Source: Candidatus Omnitrophota bacterium (GTDB taxonomy: Bacteria; Omnitrophota; Gorgyraeia; Gygaellales; Profunditerraquicolaceae). From it: a DNA stretch of 64,000 nucleotides. The notes under the pieces are model-generated. The model saw only the letters and a program-made list of their open reading frames with translations, was not told the origin of the DNA and did not search any database. Positions 1 through 9,058 of this stretch are shown in pieces. How positions within the stretch are numbered: position 1 is the first letter of the stretch; each line of letters starts with the position of its first letter. Both the position numbers and the translations under genes were made by a program. The stretch lies in contig CAWDSS010000010.1 in the NCBI GenBank assembly GCA_963805065.1, forward strand, positions 728,359-792,358. Reading direction: 5' to 3'.

Positions 1-131
1 AATGGAAGAAAGACGGCGACGGTATAACACATTGTACGAAAGATATTAAATGTGATTTTAGAACAGTTAAAAGAATTCCTGATAACATAGCTAACCAACA
101 GTGGGATTTATCATTAGCCGTCCAACTAAGA

Positions 132-494
132 TTGTGGCAACTTGCTAAGTTACCCGATTTACCTGTCAATGTAAAAATAAACTTGCTGTTTCAGATAATC
201 GAGATTACCTTTCCAGATAGAACAGAGCAAACAAATTACCCTAAATATACTGATTCAAATGCATCTCCCGATCCTAAAACAGAATCCTTTTTGTTAAGAG
301 ATTTAGTGAGCCACGGTACCGAGGTAAGAATAAAGAACGACGATCTTAAAAAATATTGTAAATTTTTAAAAGTTAAAGAAACCTTTTATGATCCAGTAGA
401 CATTGATTTTAAGAAAGCTGTAGAGGGACGGTTCAAAATAGTAGAGGAAGAAGCGCGTAGAGTCATAAGTGAAAGGATCACCTTATCAAATTAA
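132..494 (+). CDS. hypothetical protein (120 aa) upstream of the phage late-operon leader
   Basis: Intact ORF in the track. I recognise no motif. A ~270-bp non-coding leader follows. Confidence 0.4.
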   Translation: MWQLAKLPDLPVNVKINLLFQIIEITFPDRTEQTNYPKYTDSNASPDPKTESFLLRDLVSHGTEVRIKNDDLKKYCKFLKVKETFYDPVDIDFKKAVEGRFKIVEEEARRVISERITLSN

Positions 495-605
495 CAGCTT
501 AAATCCGCAGTTTTTGATTGACCATCTCAATATACACCGCCAATATAGCTAACCTAATATCCAAGTCGTTCCTTAGACCTTTTTCAGCCACGCTGAATCA
601 CTTTC

Positions 606-634
606 TTGACACAATACAAATAATCCTATAAAGT
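606..634 (+). promoter_or_regulatory. sigma70-like promoter (TTGACA-17 nt-TAAAGT)
   Basis: TTGACA at 606-611, a 17-nt spacer, then TAAAGT at 629-634. It lies in a non-coding gap upstream of the structural genes. Confidence 0.35.
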
Positions 635-687
635 TTAGTTAACAGACAATTTAAAATAATTTAGGGTCGCTCCCTAAATTAAACACA

Positions 688-732
688 CGGCAGTTAAGGT
701 GCCTTAACCACCTTACTGCCGTTTTCTTTTTT
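688..732 (+). terminator. Rho-independent terminator-like hairpin with T-run
   Basis: The arm cggcagttaaggtg pairs with caccttactgccg (one bulge), followed by ttttctttttt. A second 9-bp hairpin (aatttaggg/ccctaaatt) lies at 658-680. Confidence 0.6.
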
Positions 733-764
733 AGCGAAAGAATTATTGGAAGAAAAGGTTAGCA

Positions 765-1220
765 ATGATTCTAGAAATCTTAAAAGCATTAAAAGATGCA
801 GTAGGGCTAAAAAATATTGCGGGAACGCGGATCGATCCCGCCAAGGAAGACGGTAACTTAGCTCTTATTAAAGCAAAGACCGATAATTTAGATATTGCTT
901 TATCAGCGATAAAAACCGGAACAGACAAAATACCTCCAAGCCCATCTACCGAAACCACCCTTAATGCTCTATTGGTAGTTTTGCAGCATCTGATCAATTC
1001 TTCTTTAGGCAGGTTGACTATCGACAGCGCGGGAAGATTAAGAATATTAATTGATGCGGCGGGGACAGCTACTCCTGTTACTCAATCAGGAACCTGGAGT
1101 GTTGCTCAGTCAGGTACTTGGAACCTTGGTAATTTTCCAATTGACCAGAGATGGGAAATGATTCAGCGGGCGAATATAGAATATAACGAATGTCAAAGAA
1201 GCAAGTTTACTTTTAGTTAA
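765..1220 (+). CDS. phage hypothetical protein (fibre-like; IKAKTDNL motif, QSGTW duplication)
   Basis: It shares the motif (I)KAKTDNL with the ORF at 2205-2663. It is the first gene after the leader terminator. Confidence 0.5.
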   Translation: MILEILKALKDAVGLKNIAGTRIDPAKEDGNLALIKAKTDNLDIALSAIKTGTDKIPPSPSTETTLNALLVVLQHLINSSLGRLTIDSAGRLRILIDAAGTATPVTQSGTWSVAQSGTWNLGNFPIDQRWEMIQRANIEYNECQRSKFTFS

Positions 1221-1248
1221 TCAGAATATGTATCCAGAGGAATAAAAT

Positions 1249-2196
1249 ATGCCGTTTAATCATAATTTAAAACAAGGCATTGACTTGCCGATGTGGCAAT
1301 GGTTGAGATTCCTGCCGACAGCAAATGTCGCCGGCGCTTGCCAAGTCAGCGATAAAAGGGGAACCGACAGATATATTTATTTTCTCTTTAGTACTGCTTC
1401 TTTTTGGCGGTATGACACGATAACCGACAGTTGGATACAGTTAGCCTCTCCGGGCGCTTTAGGAGGATCAGGAACCTGGGGTGCAGGAACTTGCATGGTG
1501 CTTGATCCTTCACAAGGCACGGCCGGAAGGATCTGGCTTTTAAACGGATATACAACGCAATGCGGATTTGGATATTACGATATTGCCACCAATGCCTGGA
1601 CTTCAAGATCCGTAACCAATCTACCGGCAGTCTGGGGGACTGACGGGGCGATGAGTCATACCTGCGCCAGCTACAATGCTGCCGGGAATGACGATTATAT
1701 TTACCTAATAGGCAATAATGCGACACCATTTTACAGGTATTCAATTTCCGGCAATTCATGGTCAGCGATGGCAAATGCCTTAACCGGTGCGGCTGGTGCC
1801 GGCTGCGGAATTCATTGGATACAAGGCACTGACCCCGACAAGCTTTTTGTAATAAGAGGCGGAGCCAATTCAACGATATACCGGTATTCAATAGGAACGC
1901 CGGGTTGGACAACATTAACCTATTATCCCAATTCGGAGACTTTCACGACCGGATCAGTATCTGCTTATGACTCCACCAATGGCAGAGTCTGGATACAAAA
2001 GGACGCCACCCACCGGCTTTATTATTACGATTTAGCAACGGATAAGATGATGAATGCCGGTGTAGTTCCTTATGTATCAGGTGCGGCAGTAGCTGGCGAC
2101 AGATTAAGTTATGTTAAAACAGCTGACGGAGCGCAGTACCTTTACTACACAAGAGCGTCAGGCACTGAGTTTTGCAGAACTTTAGTTTTTTACTAA
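1249..2196 (+). CDS. Kelch-like beta-propeller repeat protein (phage-associated)
   Basis: About five ~50-aa repeats each contain an aromatic-Y-D/S...W element (FWRYDTITDSW, FGYYDIATNAW, FYRYSISGNSW, IYRYSIGTPGW, LYYYDLATDKM). Confidence 0.6.
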   Translation: MPFNHNLKQGIDLPMWQWLRFLPTANVAGACQVSDKRGTDRYIYFLFSTASFWRYDTITDSWIQLASPGALGGSGTWGAGTCMVLDPSQGTAGRIWLLNGYTTQCGFGYYDIATNAWTSRSVTNLPAVWGTDGAMSHTCASYNAAGNDDYIYLIGNNATPFYRYSISGNSWSAMANALTGAAGAGCGIHWIQGTDPDKLFVIRGGANSTIYRYSIGTPGWTTLTYYPNSETFTTGSVSAYDSTNGRVWIQKDATHRLYYYDLATDKMMNAGVVPYVSGAAVAGDRLSYVKTADGAQYLYYTRASGTEFCRTLVFY

Positions 2197-2204
2197 GGAC
2201 AGAT

Positions 2205-2663
2205 ATGGATGCAATAAGAATACAGAACGGCCAGGCTGAGTGGATTAGGGTATTTATTTTTGATAATGACGGCAACGCCGTTACGGGCCTAAGCAATGTT
2301 TTCTTAAAAATATATAGGAAGTCAAACGGGCAATTCTATACAGGTTCAGCATGGCAGTTTGGATTCGCGGTAATTGTCATGACCGAAGAGGATGCAGTAA
2401 ATAAACCCGGCTGGTATTATTACGATTTCGATACCTCGGGGTTAGGCGACGATATTTACTATATGGAAGTCAGCTGTGCCTCAGCGATGGCAGGCTATCT
2501 GGCAGCCGGAGAATTAAAAGTAGGCGGCTATGTAGACAATATAGATGCAGCAGCATCAACGATTAAAGCCAAGACAGATAATTTACCAGTTGATCCTGCA
2601 AGTGAAACCGGCGCATTGGCGAAAGAAAGTGAAATACCTGTGCCCTATGATGTAGGTCCTTAA
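2205..2663 (+). CDS. phage hypothetical protein with C-terminal IKAKTDNLP motif
   Basis: ATG at 2205 follows an aagga RBS. The track start at 2172 is a TTG inside the previous gene. The motif STIKAKTDNLPVDPASE parallels the 765 ORF. Confidence 0.5.
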   Translation: MDAIRIQNGQAEWIRVFIFDNDGNAVTGLSNVFLKIYRKSNGQFYTGSAWQFGFAVIVMTEEDAVNKPGWYYYDFDTSGLGDDIYYMEVSCASAMAGYLAAGELKVGGYVDNIDAAASTIKAKTDNLPVDPASETGALAKESEIPVPYDVGP

Positions 2664-2678
2664 GATCAAAGGTGATTT

Positions 2679-3227
2679 ATGTCGGTAGAAAGAGAAAATG
2701 CAGTAATTAATAATCAGATAATCCTGAGGAATAATTTTAGATTTTCCCAAACCTCTGATTTGTTTGATCCTTATGTTGTATCAAAGGTAGAGATTTTAGA
2801 CAGCGACGGATCTGGTGTTCTTCAGACCTTTACCGGCGCCGAAATAATTAAGGACAGCACGGGCAAATACCATATAGTTGCAGCTGCGATAACCACTGCA
2901 AAAACTATATATGATAAATGGTATTTTACTCCTGCGCCGGGTGCCATAGAAATTACAAAGACAAATACATGCGTTGTTTGGGAGGCGTCAGCTGCACCCG
3001 GTGAAGTTGTACCGGCAACAGATCCGGCAGCGCTTTTAGCCGTTGTTAATAATGCTATTGCAGCTAGGCTTTCCGGAGGCGCAGTTGCAGCTTACAGCAT
3101 TAACGGACGCAACATTCAGTATATTTCGCTTAGCGAGCTGAAAGAGATGCGTAAAGAATTACAGGCACAAGTTTCAGCTGCAAAAGGTAACGCAAGGACA
3201 TTTGTATCTTTTAAGAATCCAATATGA
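2679..3227 (+). CDS. head-tail joining protein, gpW-like C-terminal domain
   Basis: The C-terminus (AARLSGGAVAAYSINGRNIQYISLSELKEMRKELQAQV) resembles lambda gpW. The gene sits directly upstream of, and overlaps, the portal gene as in lambda. Confidence 0.5.
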   Translation: MSVERENAVINNQIILRNNFRFSQTSDLFDPYVVSKVEILDSDGSGVLQTFTGAEIIKDSTGKYHIVAAAITTAKTIYDKWYFTPAPGAIEITKTNTCVVWEASAAPGEVVPATDPAALLAVVNNAIAARLSGGAVAAYSINGRNIQYISLSELKEMRKELQAQVSAAKGNARTFVSFKNPI

Positions 3228-4825
3228 AAGATAAAGACACTAACAAAATTACTTTTTCGGAACATCTCGACAGCCTAGTTGGTTTTTTCTCGCCCAGATT
3301 ATCCTTACAGCGAAAACTCTACCGGCTGGCCTTAAGGCAGTTCTCAAGCTATCGCGGAGCAGACAGATCACGACTGCGCGATTCCTGGATCCCGGGAAGA
3401 GGCTCAGCGGATTCAGACCTTCTTTTTGAGCTGTCAACGCTTCGGGAAAGAAGCCGGGACCTTAACCGCAACGACGCCCATGCATCCGGGATCACTTCAA
3501 CCATTGTCACTAATGTTATCGGCACCGGCATCAGGCCTCAAAGCCGTATTGACCGTGACAGTTTAAATATTACTGAAGAAGTAGCGGATCTCTTTCAGAA
3601 AAAAGCAGAGCGCGCTTGGCAGAAGTGGGTGCCTTTTGCTGATGCCGGAGAAAGGATGGACTTCTATGAAATCCAGCAGCTCGTTGAGCGTCAGATCTTA
3701 GAAAACGGGGAAGTTTTAATTATTCCTTTGATGGTTGATGCGCCTGAGCGGCCTTACATGCTTGCTTTAGAAATTGTCGAGGCCGACAGATTAGCCACAC
3801 CCTATGATTTAATGCAAAACAAAAATATTAGAAGCGGTGTGGAAATCGGCGAGAGGGGCGAGCCGGTTGCCTACTACATCAGAAAAAGTCATCCCGGGGA
3901 TATTTATTTTAATTATAGAGCGCTTGACTCAAGTTTTTATATCCGTTATCCGGCTAAGAACGAATTAGGCAGGCCTAATGTTCTGCATCTTTACTGGCTG
4001 AAACGCCCGGGGCAGACCAGGGGCGAGCCGTTCTTTGCACCAATTCTTACTTACTTTAAAGACTTGTCAGATTACATGGAAGCAGAACTTGTGGCAGCGC
4101 GTGTTGCTGCCTGTTTTGCTGCCTTTGTAAAAAAGACAGATCCAATAAATGCTGCTTTTGGCAGGGCAGATGCAACTAATGCTGCAAATCAAAAGATAGA
4201 AGCATTGGAACCAGGGATGATTGAGTATTTGGCGCCGGGTGAGGAGATTTCGCAGGTAAGTCCGAACCGGCCCGGAGGAACGTTTGAGCCGTTTGTAGAA
4301 CGCATCCTTCGGGCAATATCTGCAGGCCTAAATCTTCCCTATGAAGTAGTGGCAAAGGATTTTAGCAAATCCAGTTATTCCAGTGCCCGGGCAGCGCTCT
4401 TAGAGGCCAGAAGATTCTTTAGGGCAAGGCAGGAGTGGTTAGCCAAAAGATTATGCCAGCCGGTATACGAGATGTTTTTGGAGGAGGCGTATTTGTTAGG
4501 CGAGCTGCCGATACAAAACTTTTATGAGAGCAGGCTTGACTTAACACGGGCCCGCTGGATCGCACCCGGCTGGGGCTGGGTGGATCCCACAAAAGAAGTT
4601 GAGGCTTCGCGCAGTTCTGTGGATGGAAACCTTTCCACATTGGCTGATGAATGCGCAGCACTTGGTAAAGACTGGGAAGAAGTGATGGAGCAGAAGGCGC
4701 GCGAAGAGAAGAAACGCAAAGAGTTGGGCTTAGAAGATAAGCCGCTGGTTAAGAAAACAAACCCAAATCAAGGGGGAAGTGTTGTTGACCAAACCGTTCA
4801 AGAAGAAGCAGGAATCCAGCAGTAA
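3224..4825 (+). CDS. phage portal protein, lambda (gpB) family
   Basis: 533 aa. The N-terminal pattern (SYRGADRSRLRDSW...GSADSDLL..L..LRERSRDLNRNDAHASGI...NVIGTGIRPQ) is typical of lambda-family portals. Position precedes the protease and capsid genes. Confidence 0.85.
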   Translation: MKDKDTNKITFSEHLDSLVGFFSPRLSLQRKLYRLALRQFSSYRGADRSRLRDSWIPGRGSADSDLLFELSTLRERSRDLNRNDAHASGITSTIVTNVIGTGIRPQSRIDRDSLNITEEVADLFQKKAERAWQKWVPFADAGERMDFYEIQQLVERQILENGEVLIIPLMVDAPERPYMLALEIVEADRLATPYDLMQNKNIRSGVEIGERGEPVAYYIRKSHPGDIYFNYRALDSSFYIRYPAKNELGRPNVLHLYWLKRPGQTRGEPFFAPILTYFKDLSDYMEAELVAARVAACFAAFVKKTDPINAAFGRADATNAANQKIEALEPGMIEYLAPGEEISQVSPNRPGGTFEPFVERILRAISAGLNLPYEVVAKDFSKSSYSSARAALLEARRFFRARQEWLAKRLCQPVYEMFLEEAYLLGELPIQNFYESRLDLTRARWIAPGWGWVDPTKEVEASRSSVDGNLSTLADECAALGKDWEEVMEQKAREEKKRKELGLEDKPLVKKTNPNQGGSVVDQTVQEEAGIQQ

Positions 4826-4955
4826 AGAGCAAGTTGTGAAAAATAAGCGTTGCATGATTTTAACCTCAGATGATTTTCCGATTAAGGTTACAGTCGTGTC
4901 AAAGGATATGTTAGTTAAGCCTCAAGAGCTGATTATTGATATAAGACAGAATTAA

Positions 4956-6194
4956 ATGCCGAATCCAAAGCCGGGCGAGAAAGAAAAAGATTTTATCAAT
5001 AGGTGTGTGGCGGACTTAATTGAGAACGAGGGCAGAAAACCGGATCAGGCAGCAGCAATCTGCCACGGCATCTGGGATAAGCACAAGAAAAAGGAGAACG
5101 GTATGCAGGATGCATTAAAACATAAAAATACTTTTCGCGCAGATGTAGCAAGGGGCATTAGAGACGGTAAAGGCGGCATTGATAAGGAAACCGGCATTAT
5201 CTACGGCTTTAGCGTTCTCACCAAGGGAGAGGCGCGCGGACACGGTCTGGAGATTGATGAAACTACTTTGGATCAGGCAGTTGAGCTGGGAGCAAAGTTT
5301 TCAATCGGTCTTAAGTCGCGCTTCGGCCATCCGAATATGAGCAATTCTGCCGTCGGCACATTCTTAGGGAGGGCAAAGAATTTTAGGAAGGAATCCAACG
5401 TGGTGCGGGCTGACCTTTATTTTGACAAGACCGCCTACAATACTCCAAACGGAGACTTGGCAGGCTATGTTTTGGATTTAGCAGAGAGCGACCCTAATGC
5501 CTTTGGCTCATCCATTGTCTTTGACGGAGAGCCGGAATACCGGCTGAACGCAGACGGCACGCGCAAAAAGGATCCGGCTACCGGTAAGGATCTTTTGCCT
5601 TTAGCGCGTCTTACAAAGCTGTGGGCAGTGGATGTGGTGGATGACCCGGCAGCCAACAATGGAATGTTCGGCGCATTCTTTTCTGAGACGGTTAAGCCTT
5701 CAGCTGAGATAACCGTCTTTTTAGATAAATTTTTATCAAATCCAGAAGCAGTAGAAAAGACAATTGCGTTTTTAGAGCGTTATTCACTAACCAAGGAGGA
5801 GGTGACAAAAATGGAACTAAAGGATTTGACTTTGGAGATGCTAAAAAAAGAAAGGTCTGACCTCGCAGCCAGTTTAAGCGGTGAAGGATTAAATCAGGAA
5901 AAAGAGCGTATTATCAGTCTCTTAGATACTGCCAAGGCATTCCCGGGAACAGAGGCTCTTGTCTCTGAGGCAGTAAAGAACGGCGAAACTTCAGCCGTGC
6001 TTTTAGAAAAGTTAAAGACGCAGCGCCTGGAGGATTTGAAAAAGAAATCACCGGCCTCAGCGGGCCCGGGAGATGATCCCGCCAAAACGCAGGGCAAGAC
6101 TCATCTTGAAAGGGCAAAGGAGTATCAGAAACAGTTCGGCGGCACAATGACCGAGGCATTAAGGCAAACAGCTGAAAAAAGGAAACAATCTTAA
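4956..6194 (+). CDS. putative prohead protease / scaffolding protein
   Basis: It lies between the portal and the decoration/capsid genes. The C-terminal third is charged and coiled-coil-like, as in scaffolds. No catalytic motif is confidently seen. Confidence 0.45.
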   Translation: MPNPKPGEKEKDFINRCVADLIENEGRKPDQAAAICHGIWDKHKKKENGMQDALKHKNTFRADVARGIRDGKGGIDKETGIIYGFSVLTKGEARGHGLEIDETTLDQAVELGAKFSIGLKSRFGHPNMSNSAVGTFLGRAKNFRKESNVVRADLYFDKTAYNTPNGDLAGYVLDLAESDPNAFGSSIVFDGEPEYRLNADGTRKKDPATGKDLLPLARLTKLWAVDVVDDPAANNGMFGAFFSETVKPSAEITVFLDKFLSNPEAVEKTIAFLERYSLTKEEVTKMELKDLTLEMLKKERSDLAASLSGEGLNQEKERIISLLDTAKAFPGTEALVSEAVKNGETSAVLLEKLKTQRLEDLKKKSPASAGPGDDPAKTQGKTHLERAKEYQKQFGGTMTEALRQTAEKRKQS

Positions 6195-6209
6195 AAACGG
6201 AGGGAGAAG

Positions 6210-6563
6210 ATGTCACAGTTTAATATCGGTTCAAAAGCATTTGTCGCAGGAGAAGACCTTGAGGCATTCCGCAGGGTTAAATTGTCTGCAGGAAGCGGCA
6301 CGCAGGTGGTATATGCGGACGCAGGAGAAGCTTTTATTGGTTTTACCGCAGCCAAGGCTCTATCCGGTGAGATGGTATCAGTGGATTTAAAGACCAGCGG
6401 ACGGACCTTCAAGGTTGTAGCAGCTGGTGCCATAGGTGTGGGAGGAAGTTTCTACGGAGCAGCTGACGGTAAGGTGAGTGCCACCGTAAGCGGATCTATT
6501 CAAGGGGTAGTCCTTGAAGCCACAGCCGCAGACGGAGAAATCGTAGAAGGGTTGTTATCGTAA
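6210..6563 (+). CDS. head decoration / capsid cement protein (DUF2190-like)
   Basis: 117 aa, Gly/Ala/Val-rich and beta-type. It sits immediately upstream of the major capsid gene, matching the lambda gpD position. Confidence 0.55.
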   Translation: MSQFNIGSKAFVAGEDLEAFRRVKLSAGSGTQVVYADAGEAFIGFTAAKALSGEMVSVDLKTSGRTFKVVAAGAIGVGGSFYGAADGKVSATVSGSIQGVVLEATAADGEIVEGLLS

Positions 6564-6595
6564 ATTAACTATTTTTAATAAGAGGAGGAAATCAA

Positions 6596-7555
6596 ATGGG
6601 AGTGGAATATCAGGGTACCAGGGCAGTTCCGCGCTTAGAGCTGGGAGTAGCGGCTTTGGAGTTTATCCAGCAGCAGGATGAGTTCATCGGCACAAAAGCC
6701 TTGCCGATATTTCAGACAAGAAAGAAGGCCTCAATTTTTCCGGCAATCACCCGGGAAAGCATTACCCGCGACGCAGACACCAAGCGTGCACCCCGTGGCA
6801 ACTACAATCGGGACGGATTTCAGGCAAAGGACAAGCAGTATAACTGCGAGGAGTATGGCCTTGAGGGTCCTCTAGATGACGGCGAGCGCAATATGTACGC
6901 CTCAGATTTTGATGCAGAACTGACTACGGTGCAGATTGTCACCCGCCGGGTACTGCAGGCGCAGGAAAAGCGCATTGCTGCGCAGGTTTTTAATATCACT
7001 ACTTTTTCAGGAGCTGCGCTTTTTACCGATAACTCAGCTTCGCCCTGGGATAATATCGCAACAGATGTCGTGGCTCAGGTGCGTGCTGCCAGAGAAAAAG
7101 TGCGGGCAAATTCCGGGCTTGATCCCAGCTCGCTTATTTTAAGTAAGGCAAATATTGACCGGCTGCTCTTAAATACCGGCATCAAGGATGCAATTAAGTA
7201 TGTGGCACGGCTTACCGAGGCAGAGATCTTAAATGCCTTGGCAGACATCCTGGGTGTCAAGAGCATCATCGTCGGAAAAGCCATTTACAACAGCGCAAAA
7301 GAAGGCAAGGCCTTTATCAGCGCTGATGTTTGGAGCGATGATTATGCCATGGTGGCAGTCATTGGCAACAGCGACAGGCTGTCAGATCCAAGCATGGGCA
7401 GGACTTTCCTCTGGACCCAGGATTCTCCTGAAAACGCTACGGTCGAGCAGTACCGCGACGATGCGGCCAGAAGCGACATCTTCCGAGTCAGGCAGCACGT
7501 GGATGAGATCGTCATTGATCCGTATTTTGCGCATCTCATGAAGGTCGACGCTTAA
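6596..7555 (+). CDS. major capsid protein (lambda gpE-like family)
   Basis: 319 aa with a strong aggagga RBS, following the decoration gene. Size and position fit the gpE family. Confidence 0.75.
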   Translation: MGVEYQGTRAVPRLELGVAALEFIQQQDEFIGTKALPIFQTRKKASIFPAITRESITRDADTKRAPRGNYNRDGFQAKDKQYNCEEYGLEGPLDDGERNMYASDFDAELTTVQIVTRRVLQAQEKRIAAQVFNITTFSGAALFTDNSASPWDNIATDVVAQVRAAREKVRANSGLDPSSLILSKANIDRLLLNTGIKDAIKYVARLTEAEILNALADILGVKSIIVGKAIYNSAKEGKAFISADVWSDDYAMVAVIGNSDRLSDPSMGRTFLWTQDSPENATVEQYRDDAARSDIFRVRQHVDEIVIDPYFAHLMKVDA

Positions 7556-7581
7556 AAGCAGTTCTTAAGCGCAAATAAAAA

Positions 7582-7611
7582 TCCGGGAGGCCCTTTAAAA
7601 GGTCTTCCGGA
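7582..7611 (+). terminator. stem-loop after the capsid gene (no T-run)
   Basis: An 11-bp stem (tccgggaggcc/ggtcttccgga, including two G-U pairs) with an 8-nt loop. No U-tract follows, so it may be a stabiliser rather than a terminator. Confidence 0.3.
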
Positions 7612-7630
7612 TATAAGAAGAGGACTAATT

Positions 7631-7975
7631 ATGACCTTCAAGAGCCAGCTAAAGGAGGATGTTCTTAAATGTTTCCTGAACATAAATGAATTTGCCGAAA
7701 ATATCACCTATACCCCTGCAGGCGGCCAGGCAAGAATTATTAAAGCCCTTGTTAACCGCGGGACTATAAGCCCGAGCAAGGAAGACAGCCTGCGTACCCT
7801 CCAAAATCAAGCAGAGATTTTTGTCTTAAACGACGAAACCGCCGGGATCTCTTCAATCAATAAAAAAGACGACAAGATTATTTTAGCCGACTTTGAAGGC
7901 GACTCAAAAGAATGCCGCATTGTCGAGGTTTTAGATAAAGATGATGCCCTATGGCATTTATTAGTTGAGTGGTAG
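7631..7975 (+). CDS. putative head-tail connector/adaptor protein
   Basis: 114 aa. The call rests on position, directly after the capsid gene in a head-to-tail gene order. Confidence 0.4.
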   Translation: MTFKSQLKEDVLKCFLNINEFAENITYTPAGGQARIIKALVNRGTISPSKEDSLRTLQNQAEIFVLNDETAGISSINKKDDKIILADFEGDSKECRIVEVLDKDDALWHLLVEW

Positions 7976-8586
7976 GAATGAATGATTTTATTGACGTAAA
8001 AATTGACAAACAAAATCTGGACCGGGCAATAAGGATTATCCCGCAGGCCTTAAAGTTCGAGTTAGGGGATGCCTTTGACCATATCGGCAGGAGTTTCTTA
8101 AGCACCTTTAGAAAGGAAAGGCTTCAAGGCCCGCCGGGAGTTTACGGCGACGGCGCATATGGCCTTTACGGAACATTCAGAAGGGCAAGTCTTGTATCAA
8201 AGACCATTGAAGGAATGGGTCTTGAGATTTTTTCGGAGTCAAAGGTTTCTAAAAGGCATGAGTTCGGTGAAAGAGTTATGCCGGAACAGCAGGCCTTAGC
8301 CGTGCCAATCAGGTCATTGAATGAAGCAGAAATGTATACCGCTGGCCACCGTTTGAAGAAGCAATACAAATATCCGGCAGCAATCAAAAAGACCTTTGTG
8401 ATTACCTCAAGAGGAAAATCTTTTTTAGTCAAATGGATCTCAGGACGTTTGAGATTCTTGTATGTGTTTAAGCCTTATGTCGATGTCACAGCGCGATTAG
8501 AGTTTTACTACACCTGGGATGAGATGCAGGGAAAGATTTTTACTTACATTAATCAGGCTGTGGATAGGGCCTTAGCCAAAGTTTAA
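7969..8586 (+). CDS. putative head closure / neck protein
   Basis: 205 aa. It overlaps the upstream gene's stop. The call rests on position only. Confidence 0.35.
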   Translation: MVGMNDFIDVKIDKQNLDRAIRIIPQALKFELGDAFDHIGRSFLSTFRKERLQGPPGVYGDGAYGLYGTFRRASLVSKTIEGMGLEIFSESKVSKRHEFGERVMPEQQALAVPIRSLNEAEMYTAGHRLKKQYKYPAAIKKTFVITSRGKSFLVKWISGRLRFLYVFKPYVDVTARLEFYYTWDEMQGKIFTYINQAVDRALAKV

Positions 8587-8588
8587 AA

Positions 8589-9056
8589 ATGGAATCAGTC
8601 AGGGAAAGAATTATTGCCAATATTAAAACAAGCTTAGAGGTAATTACCCAGGCAAACGGCTATAACTTTGACTTCTCCTCTCAAACCGTGCAGCGTTGGT
8701 CAATGCACGGAAATACGCCTGTAGATATCCCGATGATTATTGTTACTCCCGGGGATGAGATGGAAGAGCCGTCAGTGCATCCGTTTACTGAATGTGTTTT
8801 AAGCGTTTTCTTAAGCGTCTTTTATATCAATGACAAAAATGATCCTGTGCCTACAGATACCTACTTAAACCGCCTGCAGGCAGATATAAAAAAGGCAGCG
8901 CTCTTGGATCACACAAGAGGAGGCGAGGCGATTGATACGGATATCGTCTCAACCAGTCCTTTTGTAAGTGTAGAAGGCCAGCACTACGCAGGCTTAATGA
9001 TAGAGCTAAAAGTAAAATACCGGCATTTAAGGAATGATCCTACAAGGAGGTCGTAA
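8589..9056 (+). CDS. putative tail completion/terminator protein
   Basis: 155 aa, tightly packed between the neck and tube genes. The call rests on position only. Confidence 0.35.
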   Translation: MESVRERIIANIKTSLEVITQANGYNFDFSSQTVQRWSMHGNTPVDIPMIIVTPGDEMEEPSVHPFTECVLSVFLSVFYINDKNDPVPTDTYLNRLQADIKKAALLDHTRGGEAIDTDIVSTSPFVSVEGQHYAGLMIELKVKYRHLRNDPTRRS

Positions 9057-9058
9057 AG

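Noticed and set aside
1-49. Possible 3' end of an upstream gene (…MEERRRRYNTLYERY*)
   Set aside because: Only 16 codons are visible, so nothing can be concluded.
1388-1915. 175-aa ORF antisense to the Kelch-like gene
   Set aside because: It is fully embedded antisense in a repeat-bearing, better-supported ORF. Its Arg/Leu/Ser/Cys-rich composition is typical of shadow frames, and it has no RBS.
4854-4955. 33-aa ORF between the portal and protease genes (MILTSDDFPIKVTVVSKDMLVKPQELIIDIRQN)
   Set aside because: Its stop abuts the next ATG, which is suggestive. However, it has no clear RBS or motif and is too short to support without comparative data.
6678-7541. Several 65-102-aa alternative-frame ORFs inside the major capsid gene, and similar ORFs at 14340-14600 and 17086-17502 inside the tail gene
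   Set aside because: They overlap strongly supported structural genes in the higher-GC phage block, where long off-frame ORFs arise by chance.
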